In this document: positions 1 to 9,574 of the stretch, piece after piece
How the letters are laid out: every line of letters starts with the position of its first letter
How positions within the stretch are numbered: the stretch's first letter is position 1
Source: an uncultured Candidatus Methanoperedens sp.
GTDB lineage: Archaea; Halobacteriota; Methanosarcinia; Methanosarcinales; Methanoperedenaceae
Reading direction: 5' to 3'
Assembly (NCBI GenBank): GCA_964465515.1
Contig: CAYXIP010000001.1
Span: 3,557 to 51,843, forward strand
Length of the DNA: 48,287 nucleotides
Program-made: the position numbers and the translations under genes
Notes under the pieces: model-generated
Seen by the model: the letters and a program-made list of their open reading frames with translations, nothing else
Databases searched by the model: none
Told to the model about the DNA's origin: nothing

Positions 1-2
1 TG

Positions 3-383
3 ACATCGCTATTCGCCTCCGCCGCTGCGCTTAAAACCCAGCTTACGATAAACGGGATTACTGAGACGCTGATAATCACAAGACCAGCAGGAATCACACT
101 TCTGAAAGACTCGCTCCTGGAACTATCCCGCCATAATGCAACGATGGCGATCTATCTCGGCACCGATAAGATAAGGGATATTATGAATAGAGTAGCATAC
201 CCGAAGGAAATGCCTGCCGCTGTCGTATATCATGCCTCGTGGGAGGATGAAAAAATTATCCTCGGGACAGTAGGAGACATTGCGGACAAGGTCGAAGCAG
301 AGGGTATTGAAAGATCTGCAATGATTATTATAGGGAATGTGCTATCACCTGAGAGCTTCAAGAGGTCGCATCTTTATGAGTGA
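3..383 (+). CDS. cbiF: Cobalt-precorrin-4 C11-methyltransferase, 5'-truncated by window edge
   Basis: Frame open from base 3: TSLFASAAALKTQLT...ETLIITRPAG...TMAIYLG...PAAVVYHASWEDE...SHLY; precedes cbiG/H/C. Confidence 0.9.
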   Translation, partial: TSLFASAAALKTQLTINGITETLIITRPAGITLLKDSLLELSRHNATMAIYLGTDKIRDIMNRVAYPKEMPAAVVYHASWEDEKIILGTVGDIADKVEAEGIERSAMIIIGNVLSPESFKRSHLYE

Positions 384-1245
384 GCTTGCTATCATCACAT
401 TTTTGCGAAATCGTGATGCAGCGGAGAGGATTGCGGCTTTCACGGGCGGGGAGATAATCACCTACTCAAAAAAGGCTTTCAAGCAGGCTTTTGAAGAATA
501 TAGCTCCATAATAGCCATAATGGCGGCAGGCATAGCGGTCAGGAATGTTGCCCCTCTGGTACGTGATAAATGGGAAGACCCTGCAGTCGTGGTTGTGGAT
601 TCGGGTTTGAATTTCGCCATACCGATACTTGGCGGACACCATGGCGGCAATAAACTGGCAAAAAAACTTGCAGGCATAGGTGTAATTCCCGTGATAACAA
701 CCGCCACTGAAGTTAAAGGTAAAAAATCTGTTGAGGAAATCGCGCAAGAGCTTGGATGCAGGATTGTTAACAAAAATTCGGCAAAAAAAGTGAATATGGC
801 ATTGCTGGATACGGATGTTGAAGTGCTGCACATAAAGGGTCCAAAAATTGTGCTTGCGGATGATGATGTCATCGCGCTGAAGCCTGGCAGGCTTGTGGTA
901 GGAATTGGCGCAAATCGCGGTGTTAGCAGCTCTGAGGTGATGGAAGCTGTAGCATCTGCCCTTTCTGAAATCAATGCAGGCATAGAGGATGTGAAATATT
1001 TTACCTCAGCAAAACTCAAGGAAAACGAGAAAGGCATCATCGATGCTGCGTCGGAATTTGGGAGGGAACTCAGGTTTGTTTCCCATGAACTTATCAATTC
1101 AATAAAGGTGCCGACTCCGTCGAAGGCAAAATCCCTTGGATTGAACGGTGTATGCGAGCCTGCCGCGCTTGCATTATCCACTGGGAAAAAACTTTTACTT
1201 AAAAAGAGGATATACGGGAATGTCACAATCGCAATCGCAAGGTAA
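376..1245 (+). CDS. cbiG: Cobalt-precorrin-5A hydrolase CbiG
   Basis: MAAGIAVR, DKWEDPAVVVVD, GGHHGGN, VITTATE, GIGANRG, GVCEPAAL motifs; ATG 376 overlaps cbiF end. Confidence 0.93.
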   Translation: MSELAIITFLRNRDAAERIAAFTGGEIITYSKKAFKQAFEEYSSIIAIMAAGIAVRNVAPLVRDKWEDPAVVVVDSGLNFAIPILGGHHGGNKLAKKLAGIGVIPVITTATEVKGKKSVEEIAQELGCRIVNKNSAKKVNMALLDTDVEVLHIKGPKIVLADDDVIALKPGRLVVGIGANRGVSSSEVMEAVASALSEINAGIEDVKYFTSAKLKENEKGIIDAASEFGRELRFVSHELINSIKVPTPSKAKSLGLNGVCEPAALALSTGKKLLLKKRIYGNVTIAIAR

Positions 1246-1981
1246 GCTGTACATTGTTGGCATAGGTCCCGGGTCAGTCGAGCATCTTACGAAAAGGGCG
1301 CACGATGTCCTGACCGAATCCGAATATGTGATAGGCAACGGCACATATATTGACCAGATTGCAGAGGTCATAAAAAATTCAAAAACCATAAGAAGTGGGA
1401 TGGGCGGCGAGGTCGAGCGTGCGAGGAAAGCAGTAGAACTTTCAAAAGACCACGTTGTTTCAATTATCAGCGGCGGGGATGCCAATGTGTATGGAATGGC
1501 AGGTATTGTTCTGGAATTTGCGCAGAAAGCAGGCAATATTGAGCTTGAGGTCATTCCAGGTGTTACAGCGCTGAGTGCGGCTGCTTCGCTTCTCGGCGCA
1601 CCTGTGGTATCGGATTTTGCTGTCATAAGCCTGAGCGACCTTCTGACTCCGGTAGAGATTATCGAGCGAAGGCTAAAGAGTACAGCAGAAGCTGATTTTG
1701 TGATCGCCCTTTATAATCCAAAGAGCAGGAGCAGAAAAGAAAATTTTGGAAAAGCAATAGAAATCATACGAAGGTACAGGGGCGATGAAACGCCTGCTGG
1801 GATAGTGAAAAATGCAACACGAGAGGGTGAAAAAGTTGTTGCAACAACGCTTGGAAGGATAATGGAGTACAATGATGATATTGATATGAGCACGATTGTG
1901 CTTATAGGCAACGGCGAGTCAAGGCTTTGGGATAACAGGATAATAACGCCGAGGGGATACCAGAAAAAATATGAGTACTGA
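1220..1981 (+). CDS. cbiH: Precorrin-3B C17-methyltransferase
   Basis: KLYIVGIGPG, ISGGDANVYGMAG, DFAVISLSDLLTP, LYNPKS, ITPRGY; start moved to ATG 1220. Confidence 0.93.
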   Translation: MSQSQSQGKLYIVGIGPGSVEHLTKRAHDVLTESEYVIGNGTYIDQIAEVIKNSKTIRSGMGGEVERARKAVELSKDHVVSIISGGDANVYGMAGIVLEFAQKAGNIELEVIPGVTALSAAASLLGAPVVSDFAVISLSDLLTPVEIIERRLKSTAEADFVIALYNPKSRSRKENFGKAIEIIRRYRGDETPAGIVKNATREGEKVVATTLGRIMEYNDDIDMSTIVLIGNGESRLWDNRIITPRGYQKKYEY

Positions 1982-2588
1982 CCTTGGCGCGCGCACAAAA
2001 GAGGCAATGGAAATAAGCGAAAGGAGCAGGGAAATTGTGCGAAGCATCGTGAAAGGCGACACACCCGAGGACAGGATAAGGCAGCGCTGCGTCATAGCCA
2101 CGGGTGACCCTGCGTTTGTAGATATCATGAGGTTTAACAACGAACCTGTAAAAGCCGGAATAGAAGCCATCAGGAAAGGCGCAACCATATTCACGGACAT
2201 AAGAATGGCGCAGGTCGGGATTACAAAGCGGGGACATAACTGCGATGTGAGATGCGTGCTTGAAGCCGGTGATGATATCTTTGAAAAAACAGGCGCAACG
2301 AGAACCAGTGCAGGCTTCGTGGCACTTGAAAAGGAGCTCGGTGGTTCGATAATCGTGATCGGGAATGCGCCATCTGCGGCGCTGGCGGTTTGCGGAATGA
2401 TAGAAAGAGGAGTTAAACCAGCGCTGCTTGTGGCAACGCCGGTGGGGTTCGTGAATGCCGCTTATTCAAAGGAGCGAGTGAGAGCGCTTGCAGTGCCCTC
2501 CATTACCTGCGTGGGGACGAGAGGCGGGACGCCTGTGGCTGTCGCGGTGGTGAATGAGCTGGTGGGGATGGCGAATGAACCGGTTTAA
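1971..2588 (+). CDS. cbiC: Precorrin-8X methylmutase
   Basis: RCVIATGD, TRTSAG, VIGNAPSA, PVGFVNAAYSKE, GTRGGTPVAVAVVN. Confidence 0.93.
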   Translation: MSTDLGARTKEAMEISERSREIVRSIVKGDTPEDRIRQRCVIATGDPAFVDIMRFNNEPVKAGIEAIRKGATIFTDIRMAQVGITKRGHNCDVRCVLEAGDDIFEKTGATRTSAGFVALEKELGGSIIVIGNAPSAALAVCGMIERGVKPALLVATPVGFVNAAYSKERVRALAVPSITCVGTRGGTPVAVAVVNELVGMANEPV

Positions 2589-2889
2589 AGATGTTCAAAA
2601 TCGCGAAATTCGGTTAACCTCTGAGCGTCAGGAGCATCTTGAGACCGACCATCCAGAAATGTCAGGGCAGACTGTTAAAATAGAGGATACTCTCATGAAT
2701 CCTGATATTATTGTCAAATCAGGAACAGACCCGGATGTTGAACTATTTTACAGGCATTACAACACCACTCCAGTTATTGAGAAGTATTTATGTGTTGTAG
2801 TTAAAGTATTAGTTGATGATTTGTTCATTATCACTGCTTATTTCACAGACACGATAAAAAGAGGACTAATATTATGGGAAAAGAAGTAA
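2575..2889 (+). CDS. Putative RelE/BECR-fold RNase toxin (PBECR2/DUF4258-like)
   Basis: IRLTSERQEH..HPEM, TLMNPD, YLCVVVK, FIITAY pattern; overlaps a DUF2283 gene. Confidence 0.65.
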   Translation: MNRFKDVQNREIRLTSERQEHLETDHPEMSGQTVKIEDTLMNPDIIVKSGTDPDVELFYRHYNTTPVIEKYLCVVVKVLVDDLFIITAYFTDTIKRGLILWEKK

Positions 2890-3092
2890 AAATATGGTAC
2901 GATAAAGAAAGTGATTACCTTGAAGTCATTTTTGAGAAAAAGACGGGATACTTCAAGGAAACGGAAAATGATGCGGTGATGGAAAAAGTTGATGCGAAGG
3001 GGAATGTTATTGGTTTTTCCATTTTGAAAGTTAGCGCGCTTACTGAAAAGAAACCACTTTCAGTGAGCCTAAAAAGTCTTGCAGTTGCGTGA
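2874..3092 (+). CDS. DUF2283 family putative antitoxin
   Basis: KIWYDKESDYLEV...VDAKGNVIGFSIL; 72 aa. Confidence 0.8.
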   Translation: MGKEVKIWYDKESDYLEVIFEKKTGYFKETENDAVMEKVDAKGNVIGFSILKVSALTEKKPLSVSLKSLAVA

Positions 3093-3107
3093 AAAGATGG
3101 AAATTTC

Positions 3108-3422
3108 ATGAAACAGACACCGGAATCTATCTACGAAAAAAGCCTCGAACGCCTGAAATCTGTAGTTCTTGATACTTTAAAGGGAGAAGATATTATGATA
3201 ATCCTATTTGGTTCAAGAGCAAGAGGGGACTTCGACAGGCGCTCTGATATTGACATCGGCATAATGCCAAGGAAAAAATATGACCAAAAAAAATTAATTC
3301 TTTTAAAAGAAAAAATTGAGAATATGAATATCCCTTATAAAATTGATATTGTTAATATTTCTAAAGTCTCAGATGTCTTCAGGGAAAAGGTACTGAAAGA
3401 AGGGAAGATATGGAAAAGCTAA
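3108..3422 (+). CDS. Minimal nucleotidyltransferase (MNT) antitoxin
   Basis: LFGSRARGD..RSDIDIGI, KIDIV. Confidence 0.9.
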   Translation: MKQTPESIYEKSLERLKSVVLDTLKGEDIMIILFGSRARGDFDRRSDIDIGIMPRKKYDQKKLILLKEKIENMNIPYKIDIVNISKVSDVFREKVLKEGKIWKS

Positions 3423-3796
3423 CAATCATAGCAGAAGATACCAAAAATGCACTGGGAACTTTAAAGGAGATAATAGAGACCCCTTACACCTTAATAGTCA
3501 GGGATGCGACCATACAGAGATTTGAATATAGTTTTGAAATATTCTGGAAGTTTTTAAAAGAATACCTGAGGGTTAAAGAAGGGATAATGTGCAATTCTCC
3601 GAAATCATGCTTCAGAGAAGCTTTTAATGTAAAATTGCTTACCGAGGAAGAGACCATAGCTGCCCTTGAGATGACGGACGACAGAAACCTTACAGCTCAT
3701 ACTTATCACGAAGAAGTTGCAGAAGAAATATACCGGAAAATTAAGAACTACTATAAACTTATGGATAAGGTATATCGGAATCTTACTAAAACTTGA
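3410..3796 (+). CDS. HEPN toxin, HI0074-type nucleotidyltransferase substrate-binding family
   Basis: RDATIQRFEYSFE, SPKSCFREA, DRNLTAHTY (R-X4-H HEPN motif); coupled to MNT. Confidence 0.9.
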   Translation: MEKLTIIAEDTKNALGTLKEIIETPYTLIVRDATIQRFEYSFEIFWKFLKEYLRVKEGIMCNSPKSCFREAFNVKLLTEEETIAALEMTDDRNLTAHTYHEEVAEEIYRKIKNYYKLMDKVYRNLTKT

Positions 3797-3832
3797 AAAA
3801 TTGGCAATGCCAAAATTTTGCCGATTGACCTT

Positions 3833-3848
3833 CCAAAGCCTTTAAATA
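3833..3848 (+). promoter_or_regulatory. Probable BRE/TATA promoter of the ribosomal superoperon
   Basis: CCAAAGCC-TTTAAATA about 200 nt upstream of rpl3; the clearest TATA-like box in this spacer. Confidence 0.55.
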
Positions 3849-3862
3849 CTCATCCCTCCTTA

Positions 3863-4050
3863 AAGCGCAGAATACGCTGCGTATGAAAATACGCGCTTAG
3901 AGTCGATCAAAGTCGGATTTGATGAATTGCATGGGCCTATGCGTACCGCATGCCTGTAAAAGCATGTAAGTCAAAATCTATTTGTGAAGGCATAATTGCA
4001 ACATTTGCAACTTTGGCGTATTACAATTACATATTGTCAAGGAGAAACAG
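3863..4050 (+). promoter_or_regulatory. Structured 5' leader of rpl3 operon (candidate r-leader)
   Basis: Hairpins GCGTAT-GAAA-ATACGC (3879-3894), ATCAAA-GTCGGA-TTTGAT (3906-3923), CATGC..GCATG (3949-3966), TTGCAA-CAT-TTGCAA (3996-4010). Confidence 0.45.
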
Positions 4051-5061
4051 ATGTCACACCCCCACAGACCAAGGCGCGGGTCTATTGCATACAGCCCGCG
4101 GGTAAGAGCAAGAAGCGAAATCCCCCGTGTGAGAGCGTGGCCTCTCTCAAAAGAGCCAAGGCTATTGGGATTTGCAGGTTACAAAGCCGGCATGACGCAT
4201 CTTGTTGTAAGGGACGAAGCGCCAAACAGCTTAACAACCGGGATGGAAATTTCAGTACCAGTAACAATTATGGAAGCCCCTGCAATGAAGGTTGCTGCTA
4301 TAAGGGTTTACAACAGCACCACCCACGGTGCAACTGCCATCGCTGAAGCATGGACGACAGAGCTTGATAAGGAACTCAACCGCGCTCTCATTGTTCCAAA
4401 GAAAAACGACCTTCCTGCTGCGCTTTCGAAAATCGAGCAGCTCATCAAGGATAACGTGGCAAAGGATTTGAGGGTTATAATGTACACACTGCCTGAAAAG
4501 GTAACGGGCATCCCAAAGAAAAAACCTGAAATCATGGAAAACAATATCGGGGGCACTGATTTGAAAGTACGTTTTGAGTATGCCAAAACCCTTCTTGGCA
4601 AAAACGTCCGTATAAGCGATGTATTCAAAAACGGCGATATCATCGATGTTCTTGCCATAACCACAGGAAAAGGATTGCATGGACCTGTAAAGCGCTGGGG
4701 AATACAGCTTCAGAAAGCAAAACACTCAAGGGCAGGCAGCGTGAGGGAGATAGGGACTCTGGGGCCCTGGCATCCCTCGCACGTAAGCTGGAGGGTGCCG
4801 CAGCTCGGGCAGACAGGCTATCATCAGAGGACTGAGTTCAATAAGAGAATCGTGCAGATGGGCATGGACAGCAAAACAGTGACACCAGAAGGCGGGTTTT
4901 TGAACTACGGTATTATCAGGAATGATTATATTATTGTCAAGGGAAGCGTTCCTGGCCCGGCTAAAAGACTGGTAAGAATTCGTCCTGCTATCAGACCAAA
5001 CAAAGCACAGGCACAGGCTCCAGAGATAACGTATATAAGCCTTGAGTCAAAACAAGGGTGA
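4051..5061 (+). CDS. rpl3: 50S ribosomal protein uL3
   Basis: [50 protein letters not shown]. Confidence 0.98.
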   Translation: MSHPHRPRRGSIAYSPRVRARSEIPRVRAWPLSKEPRLLGFAGYKAGMTHLVVRDEAPNSLTTGMEISVPVTIMEAPAMKVAAIRVYNSTTHGATAIAEAWTTELDKELNRALIVPKKNDLPAALSKIEQLIKDNVAKDLRVIMYTLPEKVTGIPKKKPEIMENNIGGTDLKVRFEYAKTLLGKNVRISDVFKNGDIIDVLAITTGKGLHGPVKRWGIQLQKAKHSRAGSVREIGTLGPWHPSHVSWRVPQLGQTGYHQRTEFNKRIVQMGMDSKTVTPEGGFLNYGIIRNDYIIVKGSVPGPAKRLVRIRPAIRPNKAQAQAPEITYISLESKQG

Positions 5062-5065
5062 TTCC

Positions 5066-5818
5066 ATGGACTTAAACATAATCGATTTATCAGGAAATAT
5101 GGCTAAAAAAATTACATCAAAGCTATTCGATGAGCCCTATCGTCCTGATTTAATAAAGAAAGCTGTGCTCTCTGCCCAGGCAAACCGGCAGCAGCCATAC
5201 GGTGCGCATATGTATGCAGGCATGAGAACCTCTGCCGAAGGCTGGGGGCCTGGAAGAGGCGTTTCAAGGGTAGCAAGACTCAAGAACAGCAGCAAGGCTG
5301 CAAGAATACCACAGGCAGTCAAAGGAAGAGAAGCCCATCCCCCGAAACCTGAGAAGGACAGGACAGAAAAGGTCAATGATAAGGAGCGGAAGAAAGCCAT
5401 AAAATCTGCAATCGCTGCGACGGGGAATTTAGAATTGGTTAAGAAAAGAGGGCATATTTTCTCGGCGGAATTACCACTTGTGGCAGTGGATGAACTTTCC
5501 TCGCTTAAAAAGACAAAGGATGTTAAGTCTTTCATGGAGGCTGCCCATGTTTGGGAGGATATCGAGAGGGCAAAGGATACCACGATAAGGGCAGGGAAAG
5601 GCAAGCTCAGGGGCAGGCGATACAAGAATACAAAGAGCATTCTGATTGTTGCTGCCGAGGACAAGGGGATAGTTAAGGCTGCGCGCAATCTTGCAGGTGT
5701 GGACATAGTGACCTTGGGGGATCTCAATGCTGAATTACTGGCTCCAGGAACGCATGCAGGTCGTTTAACGATATATACAGAATCTGCAATAGTTAAACTC
5801 CAGGAGGCTATGCAATGA
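5066..5818 (+). CDS. rpl4: 50S ribosomal protein uL4
   Basis: [46 protein letters not shown]. Confidence 0.98.
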   Translation: MDLNIIDLSGNMAKKITSKLFDEPYRPDLIKKAVLSAQANRQQPYGAHMYAGMRTSAEGWGPGRGVSRVARLKNSSKAARIPQAVKGREAHPPKPEKDRTEKVNDKERKKAIKSAIAATGNLELVKKRGHIFSAELPLVAVDELSSLKKTKDVKSFMEAAHVWEDIERAKDTTIRAGKGKLRGRRYKNTKSILIVAAEDKGIVKAARNLAGVDIVTLGDLNAELLAPGTHAGRLTIYTESAIVKLQEAMQ

Positions 5819-6060
5819 TCCAGCACCCCTATGTGACGGAAAAAGCCACGCTGATGGCTGAAAAAAATAATGTTCTCCAGTTCATTGTTGATTCTAAGGA
5901 TACTAAAGATAAGGTGAAAAGGGAAATCGAGGCACTCTATAAGGTGAAGGTGTTTAAAGTTAACACGATGCTTACGTCGAAAGGTAAAAAGAAAGCCACC
6001 GTGACATTTGAGGAACCCAACACAGCAACGGAACTAGCCTCAAGGTTAGGAATATTCTAA
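5815..6060 (+). CDS. rpl23: 50S ribosomal protein uL23
   Basis: PYVTEKA..NVLQFIV..KVNTM..KKA; operon position. Confidence 0.97.
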   Translation: MIQHPYVTEKATLMAEKNNVLQFIVDSKDTKDKVKREIEALYKVKVFKVNTMLTSKGKKKATVTFEEPNTATELASRLGIF

Positions 6061-6070
6061 AGGTGAGAAA

Positions 6071-6781
6071 ATGGGACACAGGATTATTGCTCAGAGCAGG
6101 GGAAAAGGTTCACCTACATACAAGGCACCTTCTCATAAATTCAAGGCAAACCTTGAGCATCTGAAGGCAGAGGAAGGAATCGTCACTGGAAAAGTGCTTG
6201 AAATCATCCACGACACTGCGCGCTCTGCTCCCATTGCGAGAATCTCTTTCAGCAACGGCGAGGAAAGGCTTGTGCTTATTCCCGAGGGTGTGGAAATAAA
6301 CAATACCATCCAGTGCGGCATCTCGGCGCCTGCAGAACCCGGAAATACCCTTGTGCTTGCAGAAATCCCCGAGGGTGTACCGATATGCAACATCGAATCG
6401 CAGCCCGGCGACGGAGGGAAATTCGCTCGTGCTTCAGGTATGTACGGGATTCTTGTGGCGCACGATGTGGGTAAGACGATTGTGCAGTTGCCGAGCGGCG
6501 AGATGAAATGGCTCAATCCCAAATGCAGGGCTACGATAGGCGTGGTAGCCGGGGGAGGGCGCACGGAGAAACCTTTTGTAAAAGCGGGGAAGAAATTCCA
6601 CAGGATGAAGGTAAGAGCCACAAAATGGCCAAGATCAAGAGGCGTAGCCATGAACGTTGTTGACCATCCTTTCGGAGGCGGAGGAAGACAGCATCCCGGC
6701 AGACCCAAGACCGTGGCAAGAGGGACTCCTCCAGGGAGGAAAGTAGGTTCGATAGCCGCAAGAAGGACAGGAAAGAAGTGA
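6071..6781 (+). CDS. rpl2: 50S ribosomal protein uL2
   Basis: [33 protein letters not shown]. Confidence 0.98.
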   Translation: MGHRIIAQSRGKGSPTYKAPSHKFKANLEHLKAEEGIVTGKVLEIIHDTARSAPIARISFSNGEERLVLIPEGVEINNTIQCGISAPAEPGNTLVLAEIPEGVPICNIESQPGDGGKFARASGMYGILVAHDVGKTIVQLPSGEMKWLNPKCRATIGVVAGGGRTEKPFVKAGKKFHRMKVRATKWPRSRGVAMNVVDHPFGGGGRQHPGRPKTVARGTPPGRKVGSIAARRTGKK

Positions 6782-6785
6782 TAAT

Positions 6786-7199
6786 ATGGCAAGAAAAGAA
6801 TCATCCAAGATACCGAAAAGGAAGGGAGAATTCACATTCAGAGGGAAATCCTTGGAGGAACTTAAGAAGTTAACCCTCGATGAGTTTGCACTGCTTGTTC
6901 CTGCACGACAGCGGCGGACAATACAGCGCGGGCTATCAGAGGATCATAAGAAGTTGTTGCACAAAGTCAAGATTAAAGACCAGAATATCAGGACGCACCT
7001 TCGCGACATGGTTGTCACGCCAGAAATGGTGGGCTTGAAAATCGCAATCCACAGCGGCAGGGAGTTTACACCGGTTGAGATTATACCTGAAATGCTGGGT
7101 CATTATTTCGGTGAGTTCGTACTAACGCGCAAGAAGGTTGCTCACGGCGCAGCAGGAATAGGTGCCACAAGGTCAAGCAAATTCATCCCATTGAAGTGA
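6786..7199 (+). CDS. rps19: 30S ribosomal protein uS19
   Basis: [33 protein letters not shown]. Confidence 0.98.
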   Translation: MARKESSKIPKRKGEFTFRGKSLEELKKLTLDEFALLVPARQRRTIQRGLSEDHKKLLHKVKIKDQNIRTHLRDMVVTPEMVGLKIAIHSGREFTPVEIIPEMLGHYFGEFVLTRKKVAHGAAGIGATRSSKFIPLK

Positions 7200-7203
7200 T
7201 ACC

Positions 7204-7650
7204 ATGAAATTAGATTATTCAATCGAACCCGATGCAGAGAAAACTTCGAAGGCGATAGGAAAGGAACTTCACATTTCAAGAAAGCATGCATGCGAGATAG
7301 CAAGAGCAATAAAAGGCATGAAGCTTGCGAAAGCACGAAACTTTCTTGAGGATGTCGCTGCATTGAAGAAGGCAGTTCCATATAAGAGATACACAAGAAA
7401 CATTCCTCACAGAAAAGGGATGTGCACAGGAAGATACCCTCAGAAAGCCGCAAAGGAGTTCCTCAAGGTATTGAAAAATGCCGAGAGCAACGCCACATAC
7501 AAAGGGCTCGATGCCGAAAACCTAAAGATCACCCACGTAGCAACAAAGAAAGGTCATTCCTTCAGGGGAGCATTTCCCAGGGCGCAGGGAAGAGCCACAC
7601 CAAAGATGCATGAAACGGTAAGCGTTGAAATGGTAATGGGGGCGCAATAA
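7204..7650 (+). CDS. rpl22: 50S ribosomal protein uL22
   Basis: ISRKHACEI, GRYPQKAA, PRAQGRATP. Confidence 0.98.
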   Translation: MKLDYSIEPDAEKTSKAIGKELHISRKHACEIARAIKGMKLAKARNFLEDVAALKKAVPYKRYTRNIPHRKGMCTGRYPQKAAKEFLKVLKNAESNATYKGLDAENLKITHVATKKGHSFRGAFPRAQGRATPKMHETVSVEMVMGAQ

Positions 7651-8567
7651 TGGGGGTGGAAAGAAAATTCGTGAAGAACGGTCTTGATAAGGCGCAGATG
7701 GAGGAATACTTCTCCAAACAACTGGAGAGGGCAGGTTACGGCGGCATGAACATTAATAGAACCCCCATGGGAACCCAGGTCACAATAATCGCAGAAAAAC
7801 CCGGCATGATAATCGGAAAAGGCGGCAAGACCATACACAAGCTTACCCATGACCTTGAAGCCGTCTTCCATGTTGACAATCCCCAGATAGATGTACTGGA
7901 AGAAAAGGTACCGGAGCTGAATGCGCAGATGATGGCATCAAGGCTTGCAGGAGCCATAGAACGCGGGCTCTATTTCCGCAAAGCCGGTCATAACATGCTC
8001 AGAAGGATACTGGAAGCAGGCGCCCTTGGGTGCGAGATTGATATTGCAGGCAAGCTCACAGGACCAAGGAAAAAGACCGAGAAGTTCGTGGGTGGCAATA
8101 TGCTCCATGCAGGCAACCCTGCGATGGAACTGGTGGATGACGGATTTGCTATAGCGATTAAAAAACTGGGAGTTATAGGATGCCGTGTACGGCTGATCAA
8201 ACCCACGGTTAAACTCCCGGGAAGATTCAAGACCGAAAAGGCAGCAGCTCCTCAGGTTCCACAGGTTGCAGCAGAAAAGAAACCTGCCGGCATTCCCGAA
8301 ATTGTGAAAGCTGCGCCACAGGAAGTCAAGCCGGAAGCCGAAGCCATGCCTGAGAAAATACCTGAAATAGTACCTGAGGAAACACATGCTTCCAATGTCG
8401 AAGAGCGGATGCATGGTGATGTGTTAGAACATAAGCATCCGGAATATGATTACTGGCACCCTGCATCGCGTGTTCATAAGGATGAATCAGCCAAAAAAGA
8501 GAAGATAACCTCGGATTCGAAGTCTGATGAATCCACCCAAGAGATAACAACTGAGGGGGAGAATTAA
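7650..8567 (+). CDS. rps3: 30S ribosomal protein uS3 with long C-terminal extension
   Basis: [19 protein letters not shown] motif, [13 protein letters not shown]. Confidence 0.97.
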   Translation: MGVERKFVKNGLDKAQMEEYFSKQLERAGYGGMNINRTPMGTQVTIIAEKPGMIIGKGGKTIHKLTHDLEAVFHVDNPQIDVLEEKVPELNAQMMASRLAGAIERGLYFRKAGHNMLRRILEAGALGCEIDIAGKLTGPRKKTEKFVGGNMLHAGNPAMELVDDGFAIAIKKLGVIGCRVRLIKPTVKLPGRFKTEKAAAPQVPQVAAEKKPAGIPEIVKAAPQEVKPEAEAMPEKIPEIVPEETHASNVEERMHGDVLEHKHPEYDYWHPASRVHKDESAKKEKITSDSKSDESTQEITTEGEN

Positions 8568-8764
8568 TGGCAATTCTTCGGGCTGATGAAATAAGAAAGA
8601 TGAATCCCAATGAGCGGCAGGAGGAACTGGACAAACTCAAACTTGAGTTAATCCGCGAGCGAGCCATTGCCTCGGCAGGCGGTGCCCCTGAAAACCCAGG
8701 GCGCATAAAGGAGATAAGGAAAACTGTTGCCAGGATAAAAACTATTCAGAAGGAGCCGAAATGA
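8567..8764 (+). CDS. rpl29: 50S ribosomal protein uL29
   Basis: [28 protein letters not shown]. Confidence 0.97.
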   Translation: MAILRADEIRKMNPNERQEELDKLKLELIRERAIASAGGAPENPGRIKEIRKTVARIKTIQKEPK

Positions 8765-9063
8765 AGCTGACGCCGCATAATATCATACACCACGAACTCA
8801 TTGGTCTTGACACCAAGGTAGTGGACAGCACGAATAGCTCTCTTGTGGGAATAGAGGGAAGGGTGGTGGATGAAACTAAAAATATGCTGGTGATAGAGGA
8901 GAAAAAAGTCCCGAAATCCTGCTCATCGTTTATGTTTACAATTCCATATTTTAATGGTAAACGTTACTTGCCGTTAAGAATCAGGGTAGATGGAAAACTA
9001 TTGCTCTCGCAACCCGAAAACAGAATCCAGACAAGATTCAGGAAAAAATTCAGGAAGGTATAA
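8761..9063 (+). CDS. rnp1: RNase P protein component 1 (Rpp29/POP4)
   Basis: [37 protein letters not shown]; canonical position. Confidence 0.93.
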   Translation: MKLTPHNIIHHELIGLDTKVVDSTNSSLVGIEGRVVDETKNMLVIEEKKVPKSCSSFMFTIPYFNGKRYLPLRIRVDGKLLLSQPENRIQTRFRKKFRKV

Positions 9064-9065
9064 TA

Positions 9066-9389
9066 ATGACACGTGATATCGGGCTGGATGTTCAGCCTCC
9101 GGCAAAAGAATGCACTGACCCCAATTGTCCATTCCACGGCATACTCCCTGTAAGAGGACAGGTTCTCAGCGGAGTGGTGGTGAGCGATAAGATGGATAAA
9201 ACGGTTGTGGTGCAGAGAACGTTTGTGAAAAAGATTGCGAAATTCGAGCGATACGAGAAGAGAAAAACCAAGGTGCATGCCCATAATCCCCCATGCATGA
9301 GCGCAAAACAGGGCGATAGTGTGACTATTGCAGAATGCCGCCCCCTGAGCAAGACCAAATCGTATGTGATTATTGAGGTGAAACAATGA
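9066..9389 (+). CDS. rps17: 30S ribosomal protein uS17
   Basis: [35 protein letters not shown]. Confidence 0.98.
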   Translation: MTRDIGLDVQPPAKECTDPNCPFHGILPVRGQVLSGVVVSDKMDKTVVVQRTFVKKIAKFERYEKRKTKVHAHNPPCMSAKQGDSVTIAECRPLSKTKSYVIIEVKQ

Positions 9390-9574
9390 TAAACTTTGAA
9401 AAAGTTTTATCAAAAACTGTTGCGTCAGTTTACACCGCACAACCGTCACGTCAGTTGACGCCGTACACACGTATGCCAGCGCACGGGCATACGTGGATGC
9501 GCCCTCAAGGGGCGCGACCCTTGACGTATGGCTCCGCCATACGTGGATTCATAAAGCGAGGTGTTGCTTTATGA
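9386..9574 (+). other. 185-nt highly structured element with an open 62-codon frame between rps17 and rpl14
   Basis: Seven consecutive hairpins; ATG 9386 overlaps rps17 stop (ATGA) and TGA 9572-9574 overlaps rpl14 ATG (ATGA); both ATGs preceded by GAGGTG. Confidence 0.7.

Noticed and set aside
3801-3826. TTGGCA-A-TGCCAA palindrome after the HEPN gene
   Set aside because: Short single occurrence; may be a terminator stem, no further support
9493-9570. 26-aa N-terminal extension of uL14 in the ORF track
   Set aside because: uL14 similarity and the SD point to ATG 9571; the extension runs through the hairpin element
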